This document shows, piece after piece, positions 39,731-51,426 of a DNA stretch of 64,000 bases. A model generated the notes under the pieces. The model did no database searches and was not told the DNA's origin. It saw nothing but the letters and a program-made list of their open reading frames with translations. Source of the stretch: Octopus sinensis (Eukaryota); the NCBI RefSeq assembly GCF_006345805.1, contig NC_042998.1, positions 136,214,001 through 136,278,000 on the forward strand. The letters run 5' to 3'. Every line of letters begins with the position of its first letter. The stretch's first letter is position 1. The position numbers and the translations under genes were made by a program.

Positions 39731-40159
39731 TTAAAAAAAGGAGAGAAATGTTAATATGTTTTCAACCAATAGACATGTCTATGTTAATTAGCTTCAGTTT
39801 CATTTTGTTTGTGTCTTCAAACTTGTATTCATCTGCTACTGTGCTTTCAGCTTATTTTGCTATAGGTATCCTAAAGTTTCACTTGAAAATGCCAACATCT
39901 AGAAGTCGACTTGGTAGAAGTCGACTTGGTATATGTTAATATATTTAGAAGAAATATGTAACAAAAGGGTTAAAAAAGGGAGCGAAATGTTAATATGTTT
40001 TCAACCAATAGACATGTCTATGTTAATTAGCTTCAGTTTTATTTTGTTTGTGTCTTCAAACTTGTATTCATCTGCTACTGTGCTTTCAGCTTATTTTGCT
40101 ATAGGTATCCTAAAGTTTCACTTGAAAATGTCAACATCTAGAAGTCGACTTGGTAGAAG
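39699..40159. repeat. ~240-bp direct tandem duplication including the MITE right end
   Basis: Units ~39699-39920 and ~39939-40159 nearly identical; the ORF track gives the same peptide twice. Confidence 0.9.
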
Positions 40160-42092
40160 CCAGCAAGATCATCTACTATCTTTCTAACTACATACTTGGC
40201 CACCTTATAGAATTCAAAATCTCTGCCACTGATAGACATGCTTATAAAATTTTAAAAAATAATAAAAACAGCACAATACCCTTAACTTTTGAAAACATTT
40301 TTTCCTGCTCAGAATTGTTGTGGTATGGAATAAACTAACCTCACCAGTTGTTAGTTGTCAGAACACTGTGCCCTTCAGGCAATTTTATATTAAAGAACCA
40401 GACAGTTTGGTATCAAAAGCGTACCTTCTTGTTATTATATTTCTGTTGAAATATACTACCTTAGTTTCAATTAATTTCAAAAATAATGAAGAATTTATTA
40501 ACATAACTTTGTTAAGCTGGTGTTTGGAACATAGATTATCATGGAATTTTGATGGAAGTTCTCTTGCTTGACAGCCAGTTTCACTGCACAACACATTGGG
40601 TGAGTATGTTCTATATTACCTTAGTAAAACCAAATAATGAAAAAGTCATTTACAAAAATCTTTCAAATTCTTAATGTTTTTTTCTTCAAATTTAATGAAT
40701 CATTGACAGAGAATATCTTTGTATCCTTTACTTGTTTTCCGTCATTGGACTGCAGTCATGCTGGGGGTACTGCCTTGAAGAGTTTAGTTGAACAAATCAA
40801 CCCAGTACTAATTTTTAAAGCTTGGTAGGCTGGTACTTATTTTATTAATCTCTTTTTGCCAAAATGCTAAGTTATGGGGTCATAAACAAACTAACACCAT
40901 TTGTCAAGTAGTGGTAGGGGACTAACACAAACTTAAAGACATACACACATGTGCATATGCACACACACACACATGTATGGGCTTCTTTCAATTTCTGTTG
41001 ACAAAATCCACTCACAAGGATTTGGTTGGCCTGGGACTATAGTGGAAGGTGTCTTGCAGTGGGACTGGAAATTAAACTTGGAAATTAAACTTTTTACCAC
41101 ACAACTATACTTGCACTGTGTCTATGTACATAGATTTCTTTAGAAATTTTGTCAAGAAAGAATTAAACAAAACTTTAAAACAACAAAAAAAAAATAATGG
41201 CGTTACTAATTATCAAATTTTCTAACAAATGTTCTAAAATGAGATAAAATGAAAATAAGAAATCTACCACCACCATCACCACCATAATCATTATCATTTC
41301 TTTAATGCCTGCATTTTTATAGCATGTTTGGTGTATTTCCTATGGTACCAGCTCAAGAGAGGTTGTCTCACCACTGCTCAAAGGGAGTACAGGGTAAAGG
41401 AGCTTTTCAAAGTGGCACCTGGAACAGGTGTCAGAATTCCTTGTATATAGTAACCCATCCAACACATTTTACTTGCTTTCTAAGACTTGGTACCCTTCTT
41501 ATTGCCATCCACTTTACAAAGTATACTAAGAGCATCTTTCTTAGTGACACTAGCAGTGGAGAGGTTGATCAGTCTTCAGCAAGAGAAAACTAATCACAGG
41601 TTGAATAAAAGAACTGCAGAACCCAATGTTTTCTCTGCTCATTTGCCATCCACTTTACATCTTTCATGGCACCAGCACTAGGGAAATTGTAAAAAAATGG
41701 TAAATGGTAAAGCTACCTTCTCAAGTCATAACCACTCATAAGGACCAGTTTCTTGATTTTGATGACATATAAATTTCCCACCTGGATGGGATGCCAGTCC
41801 ATCAGAGGATTACTCACTTTTACCAGTTGAGTGGACTGGAGCAATGTAAAATGAAGTGTTTTGCTCAAGAACACAATGCATTGCCTGGTCCAGGAATCAA
41901 AACCACAATCCTACAATTGTGACACCCTAACCACTAAGCCATGTGCCTCTACATTAAAGAGGTTGTCTTGCTTACCACTCAGAGGGAGTATAGGGGAGGA
42001 GGTCTTTACATTGTGGTGCCCACACAGGAGACAGGACGCCTTGTAAACAATAACGTAGACTGAGGAAAGGAATAGGAGAGAGAGGGAAAGAG

Positions 42093-42137
<45 letters not shown>

Positions 42138-42429
42138 AGAATAAATAAATAAATAAATAAATAAAAAGCTCTCATTAACAAAACATTATTCAAAAGAGTA
42201 AGAGAAGAGATTATTCCACTTCTACTTTTCTTCAACGAATGTCCATCATTTTGCTGATCCATTGAATGTAGCTTTAAGGAAATAAGCCCTGTCAGTTCGC
42301 ATTAAACAGTAATAGATCATCATCATCATCATCATTTAATGACTATCTTCAATCTTGCATGGGAATGATGGTCTGACAAAATCCACTGGGTTCAAAGACT
42401 GCATTGTGCAGTAATCTTTGTTTTGGTAA

Positions 42430-42614
42430 TACAGTTCTGTATTTAAGAGATGAGGAATTATGTACATTATTTACATTATTTACAATTGACAGATATTTGT
42501 CCTCATCCTGTTTGTTGTTAACACAAAGTTTCGGCTGATATTCCCTCCAGCCTTCATCAAGTGTCTCAGGAAAATTTCAAACCTGGGTTGTTGTTGTTGT
42601 TATTATTATTATTA

Positions 42615-42698
<84 letters not shown>

Positions 42699-42790
42699 TT
42701 ATTATTATTATTCAGGTCACTGCCTGGAATCGAACTTGGAATCTTGGGGTTAGTAGCCCGCGCTTTTAACCACTACACCATATGCCCGTG
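42430..42790 (-). mobile_element. Composite SINE: tRNA-like head + (AAT)n + tail with degenerate minimal hammerhead
   Basis: Head GGGCATATGGTGTAGTGGTTAAAAGCGCGGGCTACTAACCCCAAGATTCCAAGTTCGATTCCAGG (A and B boxes); (AAT/AAC)n at ~42588-42711; tail GACAC-TTGATGA-A-GGCTG[10]CAGCC-GAAAC-TTT-GTGTT (42565-42520); interrupts an older RTE tail. Confidence 0.7.
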
Positions 42791-43832
42791 GTTTCTATGA
42801 CTGGATGCCTTTCCTAACACCAACCGCTTTACAGCATGTACTAAGTGCTTTTGTTTTGTGCTGTGAGCACTATGGAGGTTGCCATGCAGCTTGCTAGACT
42901 ATGAACTCCAAGGAAGGTGGGGGTCAGTTTTATGCAGGGGATGAAGGGTTGGAGTATGAAAGATGGTGGTGTGTGTGCAGGGGGTGTAAAACAGGTTCTT
43001 ATAGAAGAGCTGCATAGCTACTCCTGTTTAGCAGAGGAGGGAGAGAATGATCAGTGGAAACTGCAAAGAGATAGAGAGTTGAGATGAGGTGTCCAGGTGG
43101 CCCATCAAGGCAAGGAGAAGTGAGTGGATGGGCAGTTTGGAAGATTCTATGGGGAGTAGGGGATGAAGGGATGGGAGAAGCAGCCTTCAACTGTAAAAGG
43201 CATTGGTAGAGTTGAAGGGTGATGACCAATGAGTCATGAGATGGGGTGGATACCAGAATGAATAAGAGAGTAGTTGGTGGGGTGGGGAGCAAGATAGTAA
43301 TGATATAGTTTACTAGACTATATTCTATATTACAATGTAATCAGCTAACCAGTTGATTGCATTGTACTCAACTAGTTAGTAGCCTTTTAATTTATGATCA
43401 CTGCTCCAAAAACTTTTTGTTTTATTAGTATTGATGAAATATGGCCTCTTGCTTAATTAGTGTACAAACATGGATGCATATACAAGGTCACTTGTACTTG
43501 TCTCAGGATTCCATTTTAGGTTTGTGCAAATATATTGATTTCTTCTCTTGATTATGTACAAATCTATAGGTTTATAAACAACGTTCATGCTGCTACTGCT
43601 GTTGCTGCTGCTGGTGTTGTTTTTACTGTTGCTGGTGGTGGTGGTGGCAGTGGCATGGCGGTGGTAGTGGCGGTGGGGTGGTTAGGGGTGGCGGGTGATG
43701 ATGCCGACCATCATGATTCATGCTTTGCTCTATATTAGCAACGTACAGGAAATGAAATGACTTGAACAATAAATCATAAATTATGATACACATTCTGTCC
43801 ATGGTTTTATATATGTGTGTGTGTCTGTGTAC

Positions 43833-43888
<56 letters not shown>

Positions 43889-44133
43889 TATATAGGTAGG
43901 TAAAATAGCACGAATGGAATGAGGGGAATAAGAGACAAACAGTCATATAAGTATGTGTGTATGTATGTATGTATGCATGTATGTACATGTATGTATCTCT
44001 CTATCTCCCCCTCTCTCTCTCTCTCTCTCTGTATATATATAGATATGTGTGTGTATATATATTTCTCCTCCATCACCTCATCATCATTATCATCATCATC
44101 ATCATTTTCATCATCCCTATTGTTTCATATATC

Positions 44134-45420
44134 TATCAGGTCATTCCATAAGTTCTGTCCGAATTTTGAATAAAGAAAACAAATGATCAAATGTTATATT
44201 AAATTTAAATTTAATCATCAAAGTACTTTCCCTGATTATCTTTGACTTGCTTCCATCTATTTACAAGTTTTTTAATCCCATCAATGTAAAACTCTTTTGG
44301 TTTCAAAGCGAAGAACTCTGAAATGTCAGTTTCGACCTCTCCTGGCTTGTGAAAGTTATGTCCCCCAAATGATTCTGTAAACTATAAAACAAATGGTAGG
44401 CTGAAGAGCAACGTCGGGAGAATAAGGAGAATGGGGAATTTTTTCCCAACCAAGCTCTTCAATCTTCTCTGACGTGATCTTTGCAGTGTGGGGTCATGCA
44501 TTGTCCTGATGAAACATCATTCCTTTTTGATTCACTAAAGGGGGTCTTTTTTTCTTCAAAGCTTAGTTCAAACGCTCTAATTGCTGACAGTAGACTTGAG
44601 CATTGATTGTTGCATTAGGTGGTAACATTTCAAAGTGAATTACTCCTTCACAATCCCACCAGATAGAGAGAAGAACCTTTTTCCCATGAAGTTCCCTTCT
44701 TGGTTGTGGTTGAGCTTTTTCCTTTTACTAAGCCACTGTTTACGACATTTAACATTTCAATAGAAGATCCATTTTTCATCACCTGTCACAAGTCTATCCA
44801 AAAAGGTTGAAATGAGTTTGCAAGAATGGAGAGAAGAGCAGGTATCAACTCAGGATTTGCGGTTGCTTTCAGACAATTCATGAGGTGCTCATTTTCCAAG
44901 TTTAGGAACCTTTCCAAGTTGTTGAAGATGACGATGAACAGGTGTATGGTTTGAACTAAGCTGTTTGCCAATTCTTCAACTGATAATGCAAGATTTTCTT
45001 CAAGTAATACCTCAAGAAGCTTATCTTCAAACGCAACTGGACACCCTGTTCAATCTTCATCTTCAAGGCTGAAATCTCCACTTCTGAATTTTGCAAACCA
45101 TCTTCTATTAGTTCTTTCATTCAAGCATTTTTCCCATAAACTGAGTGTATGTTTTGAGTCGCTTTGGCTGCAGAGTTTCCTTTTTTGTACTCATAAAGCA
45201 TTATGTGCCTCAAATGTTCTTTGGATATTTCCATGTTAGAAAGGGTTTTAATCAGAGAAATTTTAATTCTATTATTCTGTAAAATAATATTTAATTAGTT
45301 TAAATGTACACAAATGCATAAAAATAACTTAAAATTCCATTAGACATTCTAAAATACTATTACATTTCATTCAGTTTTAAAAAAGATAAAATCGGACAGA
45401 ACTTATGTGATGATCTGATA
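44134..45420 (-). mobile_element. Full-length decayed mariner transposon (1.29 kb)
   Basis: TIRs TA|TCAGGTCATTCCATAAGTTCTGTCCGAATTTT / AAAATCGGACAGAACTTATGTGATGATCTGA|TA; transposase relic from ATG 45234 (MEISKEHLRHIMLYEYKK..IVTGDEKWIFY..WWD..HQDNA.PH..PHSPYSPD) with stops and frameshifts. Confidence 0.93.
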
Positions 45421-45646
45421 CATCTCAATCGAAGGAGAGGGGCTTTCTCCGTCCGGGTTGTGGATCCATGGAATAAGCTGCCGGACGAGATAGTGAAGAT
45501 GCCGATGACCGCTTGGTTCAAAGTCTCTCTTGACCAGAAATGGTCTGAACTCTTTGCATGAACACCCTCCCTGTACATAACTCCATGTCCCCCTACATGG
45601 CCTTGCTTTTTGCTTTTTGAGCCAAAAAAATTAACTTAACTTAACT
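45421..45646 (+). mobile_element. 5'-truncated CR1-type LINE 3' end
   Basis: HLNRRRGAFSVRVVDPWNKLPDEIVKMPMTAWFKVSLDQKWSELFA*, short 3'UTR and (TTAAC)n tail. Confidence 0.85.
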
Positions 45647-47442
45647 TTCCCATGTTAGCATAGCAAAGAGGGACTTTTGAAGCATTGTTTTATGGCTAGG
45701 TGCCCTTCCTGATGCTAATCATTTTAAGCCACCTCTTATGACATAGGGATAAGAATTCCATTGATATATATACAAATGGTTTGTGTGTGTGTGTGCATGT
45801 GTGTGTGTGTGTATTCAGTCAGTTGTCCATAAGTCCAAAATGAAGCACACTTTAAAATAAATTTTTGGAGCAGTAATATGTTATGTAGTCATTAGTTATT
45901 GCCAGTCAGAAAGTTACCATTGATTTCATTGTCAGTTTGTGTGCATTTTCTATTCGCTAGTCATCAAGTGGGGAAGCCCGTGTTTTCAACATGAATTTTC
46001 TATCATATGGGCACTAACTAAAAATTTCCCTTCTTGAATTTAAGAAGATGCCTCAATAAAGAGAAATATTTAGGATCCTTGTCATCTTGACCAAGTAAAA
46101 TTTGCACTGTCTGTTCCTATTGAGGTGTGGCCTAGGCTGTTCTTGGAGCTCCTATTTAATCCTGTGTGGCTTTCTCTCTGCTTTTAAACATCATATGTAG
46201 CTGGCCAATTCTATTATGTTGTGCCTCTCCAGGATCTTAAAAGAAGACCTGTGATTATTTAGTCACAGCTTCAAGAGGCCTCTGTTGCTCCAACATATTT
46301 CCATGTATGTGTCCTTACATTGTTGGTGCTGCTGTTGCTGCTACTGCTACTGCTGTTGCCGCTACTGCCAGCCACCATCTCTGCCTCACAGACCATAGCC
46401 TTGGAGTTGCATCAACAACCTACTGGGCTCTCACTGTTAGCCCTACATGAGAATCCTGTCTCTGTGTTGAGTTTAGGGGCATTCACTAAAATCTTTTTCA
46501 TACTGCGCACACAGCTGGATGAGACCTTTAAGTTGTATCTATTAAATAGTTATCCATACTTATGGGATTGCATGAAATGCTTATCTACTAATCTAAAGAA
46601 GACCCTTCTCATACAGGTTTTGACATTGAGTGAGAAAGGGTAAACGCTGTCTGGTTGATAACAGATGACTTCTCTATTCATTAGATAACAAGTAAATGAA
46701 GGACCCTCTACATAATCACTCAATCTTGAAGCAAAAACCAACCAAATCTACTTCAAATTCTATGTTATTGTCTTTCAAAATGGGAAGGTATATTGAATAA
46801 TGCAGTTGCATATAAAATATTTTCTGAAAAGATGGTATAGTTACAGCTAGACAACATTTGATCATTAGATTACTTGATCAGATTTGACCTGGGACTAAAT
46901 AGCTGCTACAACAATGATTTAAGACATAGGTGGTGAGATATAGAAAGGTTGAAAAATCTGTAAAACAATCAGGCCCATGAGAATATAAATTATATATCTA
47001 AATTTATAGCTACCTATTTATCTATAGTTCTGTCTATTTATATAACTATGCATATATCTATTTATTTTTTGATCTGTCTGACAAAAAGAAAGATATTGAT
47101 TTCCTAATACCTGTAATTTTATCTACACTTCTCAAAATTCATAACTTCCTTTTCTACTTTATATCTCTATCTTTCCTCTTACAATAACACTTTGTTTCAA
47201 CACCCACTCACACCCCCATACACATCAACGCAGACATAAACACACACAAACATACTCATACACACACATAAACACATATGAAAACACACACACATAAACA
47301 TGCACATACACATACTCACACAAACACAAACACACATACACACAAATACACACACATACACACTCACATAAACACACACATGCACACACAAACATACATA
47401 TTTGCATACACACATACTCACACACACACACACACACACACA

Positions 47443-47483
<41 letters not shown>

Positions 47484-47495
47484 CACACACACACA

Positions 47496-47538
<43 letters not shown>

Positions 47539-47939
47539 TAATGAACTGTAAGAATTAGTATTCAGCACCAGAAAGGTGGATAAATAATTCTTATTTTTAT
47601 TACTTCTCTGGCACCAAAGGTTTTCTGTTGACAGTGATTAGCATTTTTGCAGACAGAATTTAAAAGAAGAATAACATTCATTCTGCTACATGACTGAAAA
47701 TTCATATTCACACACACACACACACACACACACACCACACACATACACACACACACACACATATAAAAGCACTACATTTTGTAATGCACACCAGCTGTAC
47801 TGCCTACCTCTTCAGGGTATGTCTGCACTGTAGACAATGCAATTTAAAGATGCAGATATTGGACTGCACTATTAATATGCTGAGCTCTAAATCATTAAGT
47901 CATGCAGAGTGCATTATATCTTTCTGTCTGTGTGTCGGT

Positions 47940-47965
47940 CTATCTGTCTATCTATTTATCTATCG

Positions 47966-48055
<90 letters not shown>

Positions 48056-48112
48056 GTATCTATCTATCTATCTATGTATCTATCTATCTATCTTTCTATC
48101 TATCTATCTATT

Positions 48113-48163
<51 letters not shown>

Positions 48164-48275
48164 TTATCTATCTATCTATCTGTCTGTCTATCTGTCTGTC
48201 TGTCTATCTGTCTATCTATCTATCTATATCTATCTATCTATCTATCTATCAGCCTACTATCTATCTATCTATCTA
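47940..48275. repeat. (TATC)n microsatellite without a Tx1 insertion
   Basis: Long TATC/TGTC array; a second one lies at 15051-15098 as (GATA)n. Confidence 0.95.
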
Positions 48276-49612
48276 TCACACACACTCACAAACACATATA
48301 TATCATCATCATTATTTAATGTCCACTATGTATGTATGTATGTATGTATGTATGTATGTATGTATGTATGTATGTATGTATGTATGTATGTATGTATGTA
48401 TGTCTTTATGTATGCATGCATGGGTGTATGTATGTATCTGTATCTTTGTGTGTGTGTGTGTGTGTGTGTGTGCATGTGTCTGTGCGTGCATGCAGGTGTG
48501 TGTGTGTGTGTGTGTGTGTAAATAATATATAAGGGTCAGAAACCATCCCACTGGTCAGAAAGATGTTAGCAGTTGATGTTTGAGCTTTATTGTTAAAGAC
48601 AATTTATCTTCTTAGCATGGTTAGAAGTAATACGATTAATTGTCATAAGAAGTTGTCTCTTAATCCATAGCCAAGATTAGTTTAATCTTTCTGCGCGGTT
48701 CTCTTCAATGAATTTTCACAGCAGTTTAGTTAACATATATTCTAGTTAGTATCAATATTCTAAAGCTTGCTTCATTCTACATGACAGAAATAAGAGAAAA
48801 TATTATTTGCAGTCTTATTCTGAAGCCAACAGTGTTAGGAAAGATAAGGTGTTTGACTTGTCATCATTGTCATCATCTTCATCATCATCATCATCATTGT
48901 CATCGTTGTTGTTGTCATCATCATCATCATTATTATTTTAAAATCCACTTTTCCATGTTTTCCTGGTTCAGACAGAATTTGTTAAAGTAGATTTTTCTAT
49001 GGCTGGATGCATTTCCTGTCATTAACCATCACCCGTTTCTGAGCAAAGTAATCTTCCTTCATAGCCAGATCATGTCTATACAGAAGACTGGAAACAAGGG
49101 ACACCACTTATATGGTAACATTTGTTTACTACTATTGTATGATGCAAGACAAGGAGAGACAAATATGACCTGCCCACCCCGCCTATAGAAATGTATGTGT
49201 GTGTGTCTATATATTTGAATTAATGGGAAATAGGTTAGGAAATTCATTGTGTTATTTCATGCTGTTCCACATGTTTACTATAATTGCTATACATCAAATT
49301 CTAGAAGCGAGATAGACAATATAGAGATGAATGGATGAGAGTCATAGTAAGCTGTCAATAGAACCAATTCTGTAATTTGATTTCCATTCCATAATTGAAT
49401 CATCATTTACTTTCATGTCTGTCATTGCTTTGGGAAAAAGTATCAATTTCATGTTCTATTTTCTGTTCCCCTGCAGTAAGAAATGCAAATTCCAAAATGA
49501 TAGAAAGCTATGATTAAGCAAGTTAATCAACTTAATCAATTGATCACATTTTTATCATATTTGCATGAGATAAACAAGTATATATATATATATATACATA
49601 TATATATGTATG

Positions 49613-49675
<63 letters not shown>

Positions 49676-49743
49676 GTTGATTCGTTAGCTACTGCACGCA
49701 TTTTTTTTCTCTCCTTCTTTCTGTGTTTTTCTCTCTCTGTGTA

Positions 49744-49781
49744 TCTTTCTGTTGAAGAGCGTAGGCTCGAAACGTTAAAGA
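49744..49781 (+). ncRNA. Minimal hammerhead-like motif (Penelope-LTR type)
   Basis: TCTTT-CTGTTGA-A-GAGC[GTAG]GCTC-GAAAC-GTT^AAAGA: perfect 5-bp stem I, 4-bp stem II, palindromic ACGT stem III; core A6 replaced by T. Confidence 0.55.
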
Positions 49782-50033
49782 CTTGTTTTATTTATATTTC
49801 CTGAGCGCCATACTAATACAATTGTTCGTTTGTTTTCCACCTGCCTTCGTCTTTTGTTTATTTTCATAAAGCTTCCCGTTATATATATATATATATACAC
49901 TCATTACAGATATAGGGTAAAGAATTATTAATTTAATGATTAATAAATTTTACCAAGTAATTTCGGTATGGAAAAACCATTATTGGTAAAAACTTATAAA
50001 AAAAATTTTTTTATGCATAATTATAAATATATG

Positions 50034-50346
50034 ATTAAGGGTTTAGCAACAATTTGCTTCACCACATACCAAAAATTTAGAAATAGCAGCCAAAGACAGC
50101 TAATTCTTTTAACTACAAATATGACTCCACAGACAACAATATTTAGACAACAATATTTGTAACTCACATAGGCAAAAAGAAAAAAAAATAATGAAATCAA
50201 ACAGCTGTTATTTTTTCTTCTTTTTGTCTATGTGAGTTACAAATATTGTTGTCTATGGAGTCATATTTGTAGTTAAAAGAATTAGCTGTCTTTGGCTGCT
50301 ATTTCTAATATTTCAGTATGTGGTGAAGCAACTTGTTGCTAAACCC

Positions 50347-50351
<5 letters not shown>
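50034..50351. repeat. Near-perfect foldback, ~150-bp arms, 16-nt loop
   Basis: ttaagggtttagcaac..gcagccaaagacagctaattcttttaactacaaatatgactcca.. mirrored at 50208-50351; the left arm carries a 14-bp tandem duplication (50131-50158). Confidence 0.92.
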
Positions 50352-50445
<94 letters not shown>

Positions 50446-50833
50446 ATATATATATATATATTGCAATTATACTCATATACCTACTTTCGCAATTTCTTTT
50501 ATCTAACACCCTAGAATGATATATTGCTCTGTTCTTACTTTTATTATAACTCCAATAAATATACTACATTCCTCCCCTTTGCTAGGTTTATACCATGTTC
50601 TTTATACATAAATTTTATCAATTAATGGTTTGGAGCAGAGATATGAATACCTAATTGTATATCTTTAACCAACTCTGATGAGATTCAACTTTTAAATGGT
50701 TTTAATTATAGTATTTAATTTATAAAGGTCTGGAATTGAGACAGCTGTCAGACGATGTCTAACTTTTTAATTAATAAATAATTATTAATTATCTCTCTAT
50801 TTTCTTATCTTCTTATATATGTATATATATATA

Positions 50834-50874
<41 letters not shown>

Positions 50875-50888
50875 AATTTCATTATTAT

Positions 50889-50920
<32 letters not shown>

Positions 50921-51010
50921 TGTATATATATGTATATATATATATGTGTGTGTGTGTGAGTATACACATAAATATATATATGTATATGTAAATAAATGTA
51001 TATATTTATA

Positions 51011-51219
51011 GAGAGGGTGGGTCAAAAGTGATGCACCATAACACTGAATATTTTTGTATTATGTTTTTGTTATTGTTACTATTCATTTTGTTTGTCATGC
51101 ACAAGTAGGTGTGTATTCATCATGATTTTATTTATTTTATTCAATTTTAGAAAAATTGGAACATATCTTTAATAATTCCACTGCATGTTGAACATATTTT
51201 GGTGCCTGACTTTTGGACC

Positions 51220-51225
<6 letters not shown>
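51011..51225. mobile_element. Tc1-type MITE
   Basis: AGGGTGGGTCAAAAGTGATGCACC / GGTGCCTGACTTTTGGACCACCCT, in TA context. Confidence 0.7.
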
Positions 51226-51257
<32 letters not shown>

Positions 51258-51258
<1 letters not shown>

Positions 51259-51426
51259 TACACTCGCGGAGTGGTTGGCGTTAGGAAGGGCATCCAGCCG
51301 TAGAAACACTGCCAGATCTGACTGGGCCTGACAAAGCCTTCCAGCTTCACAGACCCCAGTTGACCCGTCCAACCCATGCTAGCATGGAAAACGGACGCTA
51401 AACGATGATGATGATGATGATGATGA
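51258..51426 (+). mobile_element. 5'-truncated RTE 3' tail in (TA)n
   Basis: Nearly identical to the reverse complement of 54337-54510; ends ggacgctaaac(gat)n. Confidence 0.9.

Noticed and set aside
42712-42790. tRNA gene (anticodon loop CT-ACT-AA)
   Set aside because: Anticodon and acceptor stems are incomplete and there is no oligo-T terminator; treated as a SINE head. The same applies to the family A-C heads.
46320-46643. Signal-peptide-like ORF (poly-Leu)
   Set aside because: The Leu run derives from a (CTG/CTA)n repeat; the remainder has no homology I recognise.
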